Positions 18,706 through 28,586 of a stretch of 64,000 bases of DNA are shown here, one piece after another. This DNA comes from Promethearchaeia archaeon (GTDB taxonomy: Archaea > Asgardarchaeota > Lokiarchaeia > Sigyniarchaeales > SOKP01). Every line of letters begins with the position of its first letter. Positions within the stretch are counted from its first letter, which is position 1. The stretch spans positions 164,543 through 228,542 of the forward strand of contig JAHQWH010000015.1 of the NCBI GenBank assembly GCA_029856105.1, given 5' to 3'. Both the position numbers and the translations under genes were made by a program. Under the pieces are notes generated by a model. That model made no database searches and was not told the DNA's origin. It saw only the letters and a program-made list of their open reading frames with translations.

Positions 18706-20886
18706 ATGATTTTAGCAGAAATGAAATATGAGCTTCACGAAGTCCAAAAAGGATACGCTAATAGGACTCTGTTCATTAATCTTTCAAACAATGAGATTAA
18801 AATCAAGCCTGTAACTGATATAATGAAAGAAAAGTTTATCGGTGGGAAAGGATTTGATCTTTGGCTCATGTGGAATGGACTTCCTCAAGATAGAATTGTT
18901 AAATGGGACGATTCCGAAAACGAAATTTGCATTTCTTCTGGACCTTTAGGAGGGAACATCTTTTACCCTGGTTCGGGGAAATCAATTGTTACAACAATAT
19001 CTCCTTTAACGGATATTATCGTGGATTCTAATGTTGGAGGTTATTTCGGTCCGTATTTAAAATTCTCGGGTTTTGATGCAATTGAAATTCAAGGTAAAGC
19101 TCAAAAAGAGGTTCTAATATACATAGATGGTGTTGAGGGTGTTGTTCAAATCAAAGAAGTTGAAAAATCAGAGGGGTTATCTAATTATTCTCATGAATTA
19201 ACTCAGCAACTTACTGAAGTGTACGCACAAGATGACCGTGAAAAACAACGAATCTCGGTCGTAACCACGGGTCCTGCCGCACAACACACGAATTGGGGGT
19301 TGTTAAACTTTTCTTGGTATGTTCCTGGCCGTAAATGGGCCTCAAGCAAACAAGCTGGGCGAGGGGGAATTGGGACCGTTTTTTATGATAAAAAAGTTAA
19401 AGCGTTGGTTTGTCGTACTCCAAAAGTTACAGTTGGTTCTAATCATCCTGCTAATTTAGAAGAAGCTAGAAAAGTAGGGATAGCACATACCCAAGAAATA
19501 ATTAAACTTGACCCAATACAAAACGAAATGCGTAGAGTTGGAACGGGACATCTTCCTGAGATCATGAATGTTACTGACCTTCTACCAACAGAAAATTATC
19601 GCTTCGGAAGACACAAAGAAATTAATGGAAAAGATATCCCGTATAGTAGAGAGATAATGAGAGAGATATATTCTGGAAAAGAAGGCGGGGATGGATGTTG
19701 GATTGGATGTACTGTTAGCTGTTCTCATTATTCAGAAGGCCACGAAGTTTTAACGGGACCATTTAAGGGTCAAAAATTGATTGTTGATGGCCCAGAATAC
19801 GAAACAATAGCCGGATGTGGGTCAAATTGGGGCGTTTGGGACCCAAAATGGGTTTTAGAAGTTAATTTTTACTGCGATACTTACGGCTTAGATACAATTT
19901 CAGTTGGGACAGGTATAGCATTTGTTATGGAGTGTTATGAAGCGGGTATTTTAAATAAGGAAAGGACTGGAGGATTGGAATTAAATTTCGGAGATGTTGA
20001 AGCTGCGGTTGAGTTAATTCACCACATGGCTAAAGGTAAAGGTTTTGGAGTTATAGTTGGAAAAGGTATTAAATATATGAAAAAATATTTTGTTGAAAAC
20101 TTTGGAGCGGACCCACAATTTGTTCAAGATATTGGTATGGAACACAAAGGTTTAGAATTTTCTGAGTATGTAACCAAAGAATCATTAGCGCAACAGGGGG
20201 GATATGGATTAACGAATAAAGGCCCACAACACGACGAGGCTTGGCTTATCTTTGACGATGTAATTAGAAACTCGATTCCAACATTCGAAGACAAAGCTAA
20301 AGCTTTGAGGTATTTCCCATTATGGAGAACTTGGTTTAGTTTATGCGGTTTATGCAAGCTACCGTGGAACGATATCCAACCATTAAGTCAAGCAGATTAC
20401 CCCCTCAAAGATCCTAAAACGGGAGAGTTAGTTCGAGCAAAAATTCCCGATCACGTTGAAAATTACGTTAAATATTATTCAGCAGTTACGGGACATCAAT
20501 CAACATCGAAAGATCTCATAAAGATGTCTGAAAGAGTGTATACATTTCAAAGGATATTTAACATTAGGTTGGGCAAAGGGCTTCGAAAACACGATTCAAA
20601 TCTACCTTATAGAGCAGTGGGACCAGTTACTCCACTTGAATACGAAAGTCGTGTTGAGAGGTACGATACACAGCTTAAAGAGTTAGGGCTTAAATTTAAC
20701 GGTAAATCAACCGAAGAAAAAATTACAATACTACGTAAGCATCGTGAAGAACAGTATACAAAACTTCAAGACGCGGTTTATTTAGAGCGAGGATGGAACA
20801 ATAACGGTTGTCCTACTATAGAGATGGTACGAAAATTGGGAATTGATTTTGACGAAGTAATTGATGTTATCTCTCCTTATCAATAA
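18706..20886 (+). CDS. tungsten-containing aldehyde:ferredoxin oxidoreductase family protein
   Basis: FIGGKG, ISPLT, DSNVGG, GFDAIEIQGKA, AGRGGIG, GPEYET, CDTYGLDTISVG, GLCKLPW, RGW. Confidence 0.9.
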   Translation: MILAEMKYELHEVQKGYANRTLFINLSNNEIKIKPVTDIMKEKFIGGKGFDLWLMWNGLPQDRIVKWDDSENEICISSGPLGGNIFYPGSGKSIVTTISPLTDIIVDSNVGGYFGPYLKFSGFDAIEIQGKAQKEVLIYIDGVEGVVQIKEVEKSEGLSNYSHELTQQLTEVYAQDDREKQRISVVTTGPAAQHTNWGLLNFSWYVPGRKWASSKQAGRGGIGTVFYDKKVKALVCRTPKVTVGSNHPANLEEARKVGIAHTQEIIKLDPIQNEMRRVGTGHLPEIMNVTDLLPTENYRFGRHKEINGKDIPYSREIMREIYSGKEGGDGCWIGCTVSCSHYSEGHEVLTGPFKGQKLIVDGPEYETIAGCGSNWGVWDPKWVLEVNFYCDTYGLDTISVGTGIAFVMECYEAGILNKERTGGLELNFGDVEAAVELIHHMAKGKGFGVIVGKGIKYMKKYFVENFGADPQFVQDIGMEHKGLEFSEYVTKESLAQQGGYGLTNKGPQHDEAWLIFDDVIRNSIPTFEDKAKALRYFPLWRTWFSLCGLCKLPWNDIQPLSQADYPLKDPKTGELVRAKIPDHVENYVKYYSAVTGHQSTSKDLIKMSERVYTFQRIFNIRLGKGLRKHDSNLPYRAVGPVTPLEYESRVERYDTQLKELGLKFNGKSTEEKITILRKHREEQYTKLQDAVYLERGWNNNGCPTIEMVRKLGIDFDEVIDVISPYQ

Positions 20887-20913
20887 TAATAAATATTTTA
20901 AATATGATTCTAA

Positions 20914-22995
20914 ATGGAAAACATAACCAAACATCCCATCCTGGAAATTCCCGAAAGAAAGAGAATAAAATTCAAATTTGACGGGAAAGCATTAAACGGA
21001 TTTGAGGGAATGGTTATATCTTCAGCTTTATTTCTTAATAAAATTAAAATTTTTGGTCATCACATAAAAGATTCTAGTCCTCAGGGAATGTTTTGTGCTA
21101 ATGGACAATGCTCTCAGTGTAATGTAATCGCCGATGGTATTCCAGTAAAAGCTTGTATGACGCTTCTAACAGATGGAATGGAAATAAGAAGTTGTGATGG
21201 TTTACCAGAACTACCTCTTGTGGACAGTGCCGTAGAAGTTGGCGATATAGATATTATTAATACAGAAGTTCTTGTTATTGGTGGGGGTCCAGCTGGATTA
21301 TCGGCTACCAAACTTTTTGGAGAGCGTGGAATAGATGTCTTACTAATTGACGATAAAAATAGACTTGGCGGTAAACTAGTACTTCAAACCCACAAATTTT
21401 TTGGTTCCCAAGAAGTATATGCTGGTAAGCGCGGTATCGATATAGCAGAGATTCTTGGTGAGATTGTAAGTTCGTTGAACTCAATAAAAGTTTGGCTCAA
21501 TAGCACGGTTGTAGCTGTATTTAGCGACAATTTTATTGGTGTTTTGAAGAAAAATGAAGAATATGTGTTAGTTAGGCCGAATTATCTGTTGATTGCAACT
21601 GGAGCAAGAGAGAAAATGTTAGTTTTTCCGGGAAATACTCTTCCAGGAGTGTACGGTGCAGGTGCATTTCAAACTTTAGTTAACCGCGATCTCGTTAAAG
21701 CTGCCGATAAAGTTTTTATAGTTGGCGGTGGAAATGTTGGATTAATTGCGGGATATCACGCTATCCAAGCAGGAATAGATGTTGTTGGTTTGATCGAAGC
21801 TCTATCTCTATGTGGTGGTTATAGAGTTCACGAAGATAAACTTAGAAGGTTAGGAGTTCCCATTTACACCAATCATACAATTATTTCTGCAAACGGCCAA
21901 AGCAAGGTAGAATCGATCACAATTGGTAAATTAGACGATAAATTTAACCTTATTCCCGGAACTGAAAGAACATTTAGTTGCGATACTATCTTAATTGCGG
22001 TAGGGTTAAATCCCGTTAACGAATTTTATAACAAAGCAAAACAATTCAATATGAAAGTTAGGGTTGCTGGAGACGCTCAAGAAATTGCTGAAGCGTCAGC
22101 TGCGATTTTTACAGGAAGAATTGAAGCGCTAAAAATGCTAAAAGAAATGGGAATCGAAATAGAAGAAAATATCGATGAATTGGAAAAATTTGCAAACATT
22201 ATGAAAGCAAAACCTCCAGCTCCCCGTGAAATAAAAATAATTGAAAAAGAAGATGGTATTTTTCCTCTCTTTCATTGCAATCAAGAAATTCCTTGTAACC
22301 CTTGCACATCTGTGTGTCCTCAAGGGCAAATTGAGACCGTGGATAACTTAATCACGCAATTACCATACTTTAAAGGCGAAGAGGACTGTATAGGCTGCGG
22401 AAAGTGCGTAGCTGTATGTCCGGGATTGGCAGTAACGCTAGTTGACTATCGAAAAGACAAGGAATACCCATCAGTTACATTTCCTCTTGAATTAACTTCT
22501 GAAAAAATAAGTGTTGGGCAAAAAGTTATCGTTGTAAGCGATAACCGAGAATTAGGAGAATTTGAAGTTAAACGCTCAAGATTTCTTAAAGAGTTTCCAA
22601 AAACTCTATTAATTACCGTCAAAATTCCTGCAGAATTAGCAAAAATTGCCGTTGCTATCAAACTTCAAAAAACTACGTATGATCAACCCTTAGATATATA
22701 TCAAAAATCCTATACTGACGACGATGTTATAGTTTGTAGGTGTGAACGCGTATCAGTGGGCGAAATTCGAAAATGGATTCGATATGGAATTAAAGATCTC
22801 AACGAATTAAAAGCTTTGACTAAAGTTGGAATGGGAGCTTGCGGCGGGAAGACTTGTACGCCATTAATTAATCGGATTTTTCGCGAAGAAGGCGTTTTAC
22901 CGGAAGAGGTTATTCCTAGCACAAGTAGGCCATTATTTATAGAAGTCCCTATGAGTGCTTTTGCTAGAGCTAAAGTAAAGAAGGGAGGTAAATAA
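20914..22995 (+). CDS. FAD/NAD-dependent oxidoreductase with 2Fe-2S, 4Fe-4S and BFD-like domains (proline dehydrogenase / sarcosine oxidase alpha-like, fused)
   Basis: CANGQCSQC, GGGPAG, ATGARE, GGGNVG, CNPCTSVCP and CIGCGKCVAVCP, CRCE...GACGGKTC. Confidence 0.85.
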   Translation: MENITKHPILEIPERKRIKFKFDGKALNGFEGMVISSALFLNKIKIFGHHIKDSSPQGMFCANGQCSQCNVIADGIPVKACMTLLTDGMEIRSCDGLPELPLVDSAVEVGDIDIINTEVLVIGGGPAGLSATKLFGERGIDVLLIDDKNRLGGKLVLQTHKFFGSQEVYAGKRGIDIAEILGEIVSSLNSIKVWLNSTVVAVFSDNFIGVLKKNEEYVLVRPNYLLIATGAREKMLVFPGNTLPGVYGAGAFQTLVNRDLVKAADKVFIVGGGNVGLIAGYHAIQAGIDVVGLIEALSLCGGYRVHEDKLRRLGVPIYTNHTIISANGQSKVESITIGKLDDKFNLIPGTERTFSCDTILIAVGLNPVNEFYNKAKQFNMKVRVAGDAQEIAEASAAIFTGRIEALKMLKEMGIEIEENIDELEKFANIMKAKPPAPREIKIIEKEDGIFPLFHCNQEIPCNPCTSVCPQGQIETVDNLITQLPYFKGEEDCIGCGKCVAVCPGLAVTLVDYRKDKEYPSVTFPLELTSEKISVGQKVIVVSDNRELGEFEVKRSRFLKEFPKTLLITVKIPAELAKIAVAIKLQKTTYDQPLDIYQKSYTDDDVIVCRCERVSVGEIRKWIRYGIKDLNELKALTKVGMGACGGKTCTPLINRIFREEGVLPEEVIPSTSRPLFIEVPMSAFARAKVKKGGK

Positions 22996-22997
22996 TC

Positions 22998-24164
22998 CTG
23001 GTAGAATTCGACGTGGTTATCATAGGGGCAGGAAGTGTTGGAGTTCCAACGGCCTTAGCTACTGCAGAGAATGGACTTAAAACACTCGTTTTAGATTCTC
23101 TTCCTTCCGTTGCCCAAGGGGATAATAAGCACGCTATTGGAGGGATCAGAGCTACACATTCGCTCAAAAGTAAGATATGGTTATGTCAAAGATCTATAGA
23201 AGTTTTTTCTACTTGGAGGGATTTACACGGTGATGACATCTGGTGGGAACAAGGAGGGTACTCCTTTTTAGCTTTTACCGAAGAACACGAAAAAATGCTA
23301 AAAGAGACAGTTCGACAACAAAAAGAATATGGGTTAAATATAAAATATGTAGACAAAGAAAAAATAAAAGAACTTATACCTGGGATTAATAGTGAGAATT
23401 TATTAGGAGGCACATTTAGTCCTGAAGATGGAAATGCTTCTCCGTTATTATCTCTTCATTCATTTTATCGTAAATCTAAAGAATTAGGAGCTGAATATAA
23501 CTTTAATGAAGAAGTTATTGATATTATTACAAAAGATAAAGCAGTTTTAGGAGTTAAAACTAGTAAAGCTGAATATAAAACACAATTTGTAATTAATGCT
23601 GCAGGCGGTCGCGCTAAAGACATTGGAGATATGATTGGTATTGATTTACCCGTCATTCCTGAAAGCCATGAAGCAGGGATCACGGAGCCAGTTAAGAAAT
23701 TCTTCTCTACGATGGTAATTGATATTAACCCTGCCACAGATACAAAGTTTGGAAACTCAAAAAATTACTATTTTTATCAAAACAAAGAAGGAAAAGTTAT
23801 CTTTTGTTTGACTCCTGATCCTAATATTCCCGGCATAGATCGACGCGAAACAAGCTTATACTTACCTCAAATTTCAAAACGTATGGTTAATTTATTACCT
23901 CGATTAAAAAATATAAAAATTAGGAGAACATGGCGCGGTTTGTACCCTATGTCACCAGATGGCAATCCAATTATCGGCAAAGTTAACGATATTGAAGGAT
24001 ATATTAATGCTGTTGGATTATGTGGACAGGGATTTATGCTGGGGCCAGGCCTTGGCGAACTATTAAGTCGCTTACTAATAGATAAATTAAATCAAAAGGA
24101 TAAAGAAATTTTAACCGAACTTGCATACGGACGAGATTTTTTTGAAGTAGAAGATTTAAAGTAA
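22998..24164 (+). CDS. FAD-dependent amino-acid dehydrogenase, DAO family (proline dehydrogenase / sarcosine oxidase beta-like); probable CTG start
   Basis: (M)VEFDVVIIGAGSVG, GGIRA, INAAG, RTWRGLYPMSPDGNPIIG, GQGFMLGP; GGAGGT 7 nt before CTG 22998; ORF-track start is 23013. Confidence 0.85.
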   Translation: MVEFDVVIIGAGSVGVPTALATAENGLKTLVLDSLPSVAQGDNKHAIGGIRATHSLKSKIWLCQRSIEVFSTWRDLHGDDIWWEQGGYSFLAFTEEHEKMLKETVRQQKEYGLNIKYVDKEKIKELIPGINSENLLGGTFSPEDGNASPLLSLHSFYRKSKELGAEYNFNEEVIDIITKDKAVLGVKTSKAEYKTQFVINAAGGRAKDIGDMIGIDLPVIPESHEAGITEPVKKFFSTMVIDINPATDTKFGNSKNYYFYQNKEGKVIFCLTPDPNIPGIDRRETSLYLPQISKRMVNLLPRLKNIKIRRTWRGLYPMSPDGNPIIGKVNDIEGYINAVGLCGQGFMLGPGLGELLSRLLIDKLNQKDKEILTELAYGRDFFEVEDLK

Positions 24165-24257
24165 ACATTATGATAAATAATCCTATAAATCAAGTTAAAC
24201 TAATAAATTTGATAAATAAATAAACAATAAAATTATAAAGTAAAAGTGGTATTAAAA

Positions 24258-25190
24258 ATGGTCCGACATTTAACCAAAATTTCTGACTTTTCTAAAGCAG
24301 AATGTGAGAATGTAATTAATAAAGCAATAGAAATTAAGAAGAATCCAGACAAATTTGACACTGCCTTAAAAGGAGAGACGCTTTTAATGGTATTTGAAAA
24401 ACCATCGCTAAGAACTAGAATCTCTTTTGAAGTAGGAATGCAACAGTTAGGTGGTCATGCGATTTTTTATTCAATAAAGGAATCTCCTCTTGGCAAGAAA
24501 GAAAATATTCACGACACAGCAAAAACTGCCTCGAGATTCGTTCATTTAATAGCAGCAAGAGTGTTTAAAAGACATGATATTTGGGATTTAGCCCAATATG
24601 CAGATGTCCCAGTAATTAATATGCTTGACGATTTCGCGCATCCGTGTCAAATGATTGGGGATTTTTTAACTATAAAAGAAAAGAAAGAAAGATTGGAAGA
24701 TTTAAAAATAGCCTACTTTGGAGATGCGTATAACAATGTTACCTACGATTTAATGCGAATAGCCGCTATGTTTGGTCTAAAGTTAGATGTTGCTTGTCCA
24801 GAGGGAACAGCTTATACGCCTGAACAAATTGTTCTTGAAGAGGTGGCTCAAATTTCAAAAAAAACTGGAGCAAAAGTGAATGTAGTTCATAATGCTTTCG
24901 ATGCTGCAAAAGATTCTGACATAATTTATACCGATTCTTGGATGTCTTACGGTATTCCAGTTGAAGAAGAGGATGACCGAAGGAAGATTTTCATGCCATA
25001 TCAAGTATCTCTAAAAATAATGAAAGCCGCGAAACCAGACGCAATTTTTATGAATTGTTTACCGGCAAAACGAGGTTACGAACAAACCGCTGAAGTTATT
25101 GATGGTTCTCAATCAATTGTATTTGATCAAGCAGAAAATAGATTACATGGTCAAAAAGCAATTATGCTCTTTTTACGAGAAAAATTTTAA
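24258..25190 (+). CDS. arcB: ornithine carbamoyltransferase (probably catabolic)
   Basis: FEKPSLRTR, HPCQ, GDAYNNVTYDLMR, YTDSWMSY, FMNCLPA, DQAENRLH. Confidence 0.92.
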   Translation: MVRHLTKISDFSKAECENVINKAIEIKKNPDKFDTALKGETLLMVFEKPSLRTRISFEVGMQQLGGHAIFYSIKESPLGKKENIHDTAKTASRFVHLIAARVFKRHDIWDLAQYADVPVINMLDDFAHPCQMIGDFLTIKEKKERLEDLKIAYFGDAYNNVTYDLMRIAAMFGLKLDVACPEGTAYTPEQIVLEEVAQISKKTGAKVNVVHNAFDAAKDSDIIYTDSWMSYGIPVEEEDDRRKIFMPYQVSLKIMKAAKPDAIFMNCLPAKRGYEQTAEVIDGSQSIVFDQAENRLHGQKAIMLFLREKF

Positions 25191-25254
25191 ATAGTAAGTT
25201 AGATATTATTATTTTTTCAATTTTGGTAATTATCTAACTACTAGAGGTTTTTTT

Positions 25255-26169
25255 TTGAAAACATTAATCGTTGCGCTTGGAGGAAATGCCCTCATTAAAC
25301 CTGGGGAAAGAGGAACCCCCGAACAAATGATTAATAATCTACAATCCCCTATTAAACAAATTGCAGAATTATCTGAAGAGTATAATATTATTATTACCCA
25401 TGGCAATGGCCCTCAAGTAGGTGCGCTACTCCTTCAACAAGAAGCTACCGATGAGATTACAAGAATGCCTTTACAAATTTTAGTAGCCGAAACTCAAGGA
25501 CAGATTGGATTTTTAATTGAATCGACCCTTGATGAAGAGCTCATGCACCTTGGGATTGACCTTGATAAATATTTTATTACTGTTTTGACTTATGTTGAAG
25601 TTGATCCCAACGATCGAGCGTTTAAACACCCAACTAAACCAATTGGACCTATATATAAAAAAAAGCAACCTGGATATGTGAAGACTTCCAAAGGTTGGAG
25701 GCGGGTAGTTCCATCACCAAAACCATTAAGAATTGTTCAATCACGAGAAATTAAAAAGTTAATCCAAGAGAACTTCATCGTTATATCTTGTGGTGGTGGT
25801 GGAATTCCTGTAATGAAGGAAGGAACTCGCTTTCAAGGTATTGAAGCCGTTATCGATAAAGATCTCGCAAGCGCAAAGTTAGGCGAACAAGTAAACGCAG
25901 ATATTTTAATAATTGCTACAGATGTAGAAAAAGTGGCGTTAAATTACGGCAGAATTGATTATAAGTACCTCGATAGGGTTTCAACAACAGATGCAAAAGA
26001 ATACATGAAGCAAGAACATTTTCCTCCTGGAAGTATGGGTCCTAAAATACAAGCAGTAATAAATTTCTTAGAATCTGGTGGCGAGCAAGCCATTATAACT
26101 TCAATTGAAAAAATTAAAGAAGCTTTAGAGGGTACATCCGGTACCCATTTCTTTATTAAGGATAATTAA
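25255..26169 (+). CDS. arcC: carbamate kinase
   Basis: ALGGNAL, THGNGPQVG, PTKPIGP, WRRVVPSP, GGGGIP, EAVIDKD, GSMGPK. Confidence 0.95.
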   Translation: MKTLIVALGGNALIKPGERGTPEQMINNLQSPIKQIAELSEEYNIIITHGNGPQVGALLLQQEATDEITRMPLQILVAETQGQIGFLIESTLDEELMHLGIDLDKYFITVLTYVEVDPNDRAFKHPTKPIGPIYKKKQPGYVKTSKGWRRVVPSPKPLRIVQSREIKKLIQENFIVISCGGGGIPVMKEGTRFQGIEAVIDKDLASAKLGEQVNADILIIATDVEKVALNYGRIDYKYLDRVSTTDAKEYMKQEHFPPGSMGPKIQAVINFLESGGEQAIITSIEKIKEALEGTSGTHFFIKDN

Positions 26170-26280
26170 TTTATATAAAATAAGCAGATTATACCCGTAA
26201 ATCAAATAATTCTTAATTTCTATATAAAATAAGATTATGTAATAAATATATAATTATAAATAATCTAAAATAGCATATAC

Positions 26281-26940
26281 ATGGTTAGAAAAATTGATAA
26301 AGATATCAAGCAATACTATGCCGACAGAGCATATGAATATAATAAGACATATTTAAGACCTGAACGTCAAAAAGATATTAAAAAACTTCATAAATTGCTA
26401 ACCACCCTATTAAAAGGTCATTTGGTACTTGAGGTTGCATGTGGAACTGGCTATTGGACTAAGACAATTGCATCGGTTTCAAAATTTATTACTGCTGTTG
26501 ATGTAAATGATGAAGTTCTTCAAATAGCAAAAAGTCGCAGAATTCCTTCAGATAAGGTAATTTATGTTCAAGATGATGTTTATAAATTAAATAAAATTCA
26601 AAATAATTTTTCTGCTGGTTTTGCTGGTTTTTGGTGGTCGCACATATTAAAATCTAAATTAAAAAGATTTATTGCCTTATTTCATTCAAAGCTTCAACCA
26701 AACGCTCTTGTTATTTTTATTGATAATCGACGTGTGAAGGGAAGCTCTACACCAATAAGTCGAATTGATATTCATGGAAATTCTTACCAAATAAGGAAAT
26801 TAGAGGATGGTCGAGAATATGAAATATTGAAAAATTTTCCTACTAAGAAAGAAATTCGCGAAACTATTGGAAATAAAGTTAAAAATCTTAAGATTAAATT
26901 TTTGACATATTTTTGGATTGTATCATATAATATTGAATAA
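26281..26940 (+). CDS. class I SAM-dependent methyltransferase
   Basis: YYADRAYEY, VLEVACGTGYWT, FAGFWWSH. Confidence 0.88.
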   Translation: MVRKIDKDIKQYYADRAYEYNKTYLRPERQKDIKKLHKLLTTLLKGHLVLEVACGTGYWTKTIASVSKFITAVDVNDEVLQIAKSRRIPSDKVIYVQDDVYKLNKIQNNFSAGFAGFWWSHILKSKLKRFIALFHSKLQPNALVIFIDNRRVKGSSTPISRIDIHGNSYQIRKLEDGREYEILKNFPTKKEIRETIGNKVKNLKIKFLTYFWIVSYNIE

Positions 26941-27105
26941 TATGTTTCATAAACGGACTTATTTGACATAAATAAATCTCACATAAAAACAAAGTTAATT
27001 TTTAATTTACAAAAAAAAATAGTTGTATCTGATTTTGGGAAAAATTTTTTAAAATTACGGTTATAACCCAATTTTTATATAAAAAATAAGTTAGATTTTA
27101 ATTCT

Positions 27106-28365
27106 TTACGCTACCAGCACATTTTCGATAATTTTCAAAGCCCAATCGATTTGATCTTTAGTTATAATTAGAGGCGGGGCAAAACGAATAATTGTAGAAT
27201 GAGTGTGTTTGGCCAACACGCCCTTATCTTTAAACATTTCGACTATGTGCCTTGCATCTGATTCAAATTCAATCGCTAATAATAGACCTTTACCTCTAAC
27301 CTCTTTTATTGGAACTATAGTTTTCTTTTTTGCGATATTTCTAAGCCCTTCTAGAAAATAACCTCCAAATTCTTTGGCTCTTTGAGCTAAATGGTCGTCA
27401 ATATGAATCTCTAACGATTTCATAGCAACCGCACTAGCTAAAGGGTTTCCTCCAAATGTGCTTCCATGCGTTCCAGGTTTAATAACATCAGGACCAATTA
27501 TATCTTTAGTAGTGACTATTGCAGAAACGGGATAAACGCCTCCGCCAAGCGCCTTTCCAAGTAACATCGCGTCAGGCTTCACATTTTCGTGGTCACATCC
27601 AAAAAACGCCCCAGTTCTTCCAAAACCAGTCTGAATCTCGTCAGCAATCATCAGAACATTGTACTTTGTACAGATCTCTCTAACTTTTTTTATGTATCCT
27701 TCAGGAGGGATTTTTACGCCAGCCTCTCCTTGAATTGGCTCAAATAGGAACGCCGCTACTTTTTCAGGGCCGATTTCTAAAATTATATTTTCTAATTCTT
27801 CAGCATCTCCATACGGAATAATTATAAACCCAGGAGTGTAAGGTCCGAAGTTTCCATAGTATCTTACAGCTTCAATATCCGTACTAAATCCTGCTATTGT
27901 TATTGACCTTCCATGAAAATTATCTCTGCAAACAATAATTTTAGCTTCGTTTTTAGGAATCTTCTTTTTAATATAACCCCATGCTCTCGCAACTTTTAAA
28001 CCAGAAGAGACCGCTTCAGTTCCCGTGTTCATTGGAAGCGCCATTATTCCAGAATTGTTTGGATCGTTGATATGCGGTCCAACGACTTCGCACAATTTTT
28101 TTAAAAAGGGACCCATCATATCGTTATAGAACGCACGAGATGTTAAAGTGACCTTATCTGCTTGTTCTTTTAAAGCTTTTATAATTTCGGGGTGACAATG
28201 CCCCGTATTTTGGGAAGAATAGGCAGATAAACAATCAATATATTTATTTCCTTCGGGGTCGTATACCCATACACCCTCCGCTTTTGAAATAACGACGGGA
28301 ATCGGGTGATAATTATGAGCGCAGTATTCATTATCCAAATCTATATAATATTTTGAGTCGGGCAA
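27106..28365 (-). CDS. rocD: ornithine--oxo-acid aminotransferase
   Basis: AHNYHPIPVV, DCLSAYS, GHCHP, LTSRAF, PMNTGTEA, FHGR, EPIQGEAG, DEIQTG, LGKALGGG, HGSTFGGNPL. Confidence 0.92.
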   Translation of the reverse strand: MPDSKYYIDLDNEYCAHNYHPIPVVISKAEGVWVYDPEGNKYIDCLSAYSSQNTGHCHPEIIKALKEQADKVTLTSRAFYNDMMGPFLKKLCEVVGPHINDPNNSGIMALPMNTGTEAVSSGLKVARAWGYIKKKIPKNEAKIIVCRDNFHGRSITIAGFSTDIEAVRYYGNFGPYTPGFIIIPYGDAEELENIILEIGPEKVAAFLFEPIQGEAGVKIPPEGYIKKVREICTKYNVLMIADEIQTGFGRTGAFFGCDHENVKPDAMLLGKALGGGVYPVSAIVTTKDIIGPDVIKPGTHGSTFGGNPLASAVAMKSLEIHIDDHLAQRAKEFGGYFLEGLRNIAKKKTIVPIKEVRGKGLLLAIEFESDARHIVEMFKDKGVLAKHTHSTIIRFAPPLIITKDQIDWALKIIENVLVA

Positions 28366-28503
28366 ACTATTACACTATTTCTTTCAATTATTTTTATGAT
28401 TATTTATTAGAAAGTTTCGATTCTTTAAAATGTTAGACGTTCTACTTATTTATTATGGGATTAGAAGGGGTAAATAAACTTAGAGATAGAAAATTAAATT
28501 CAA

Positions 28504-28520
28504 GAAAAAGATTTATAAAT
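28504..28520 (+). promoter_or_regulatory. BRE/TATA-like promoter
   Basis: GAAAAAGATTTATAAAT upstream of 28587. Confidence 0.45.
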
Positions 28521-28586
28521 GAATTGAAGATAAATAGATAATATACTTAAAAAGATAAGAGTCGAAAATTTAAATAGTGAAAAAGC

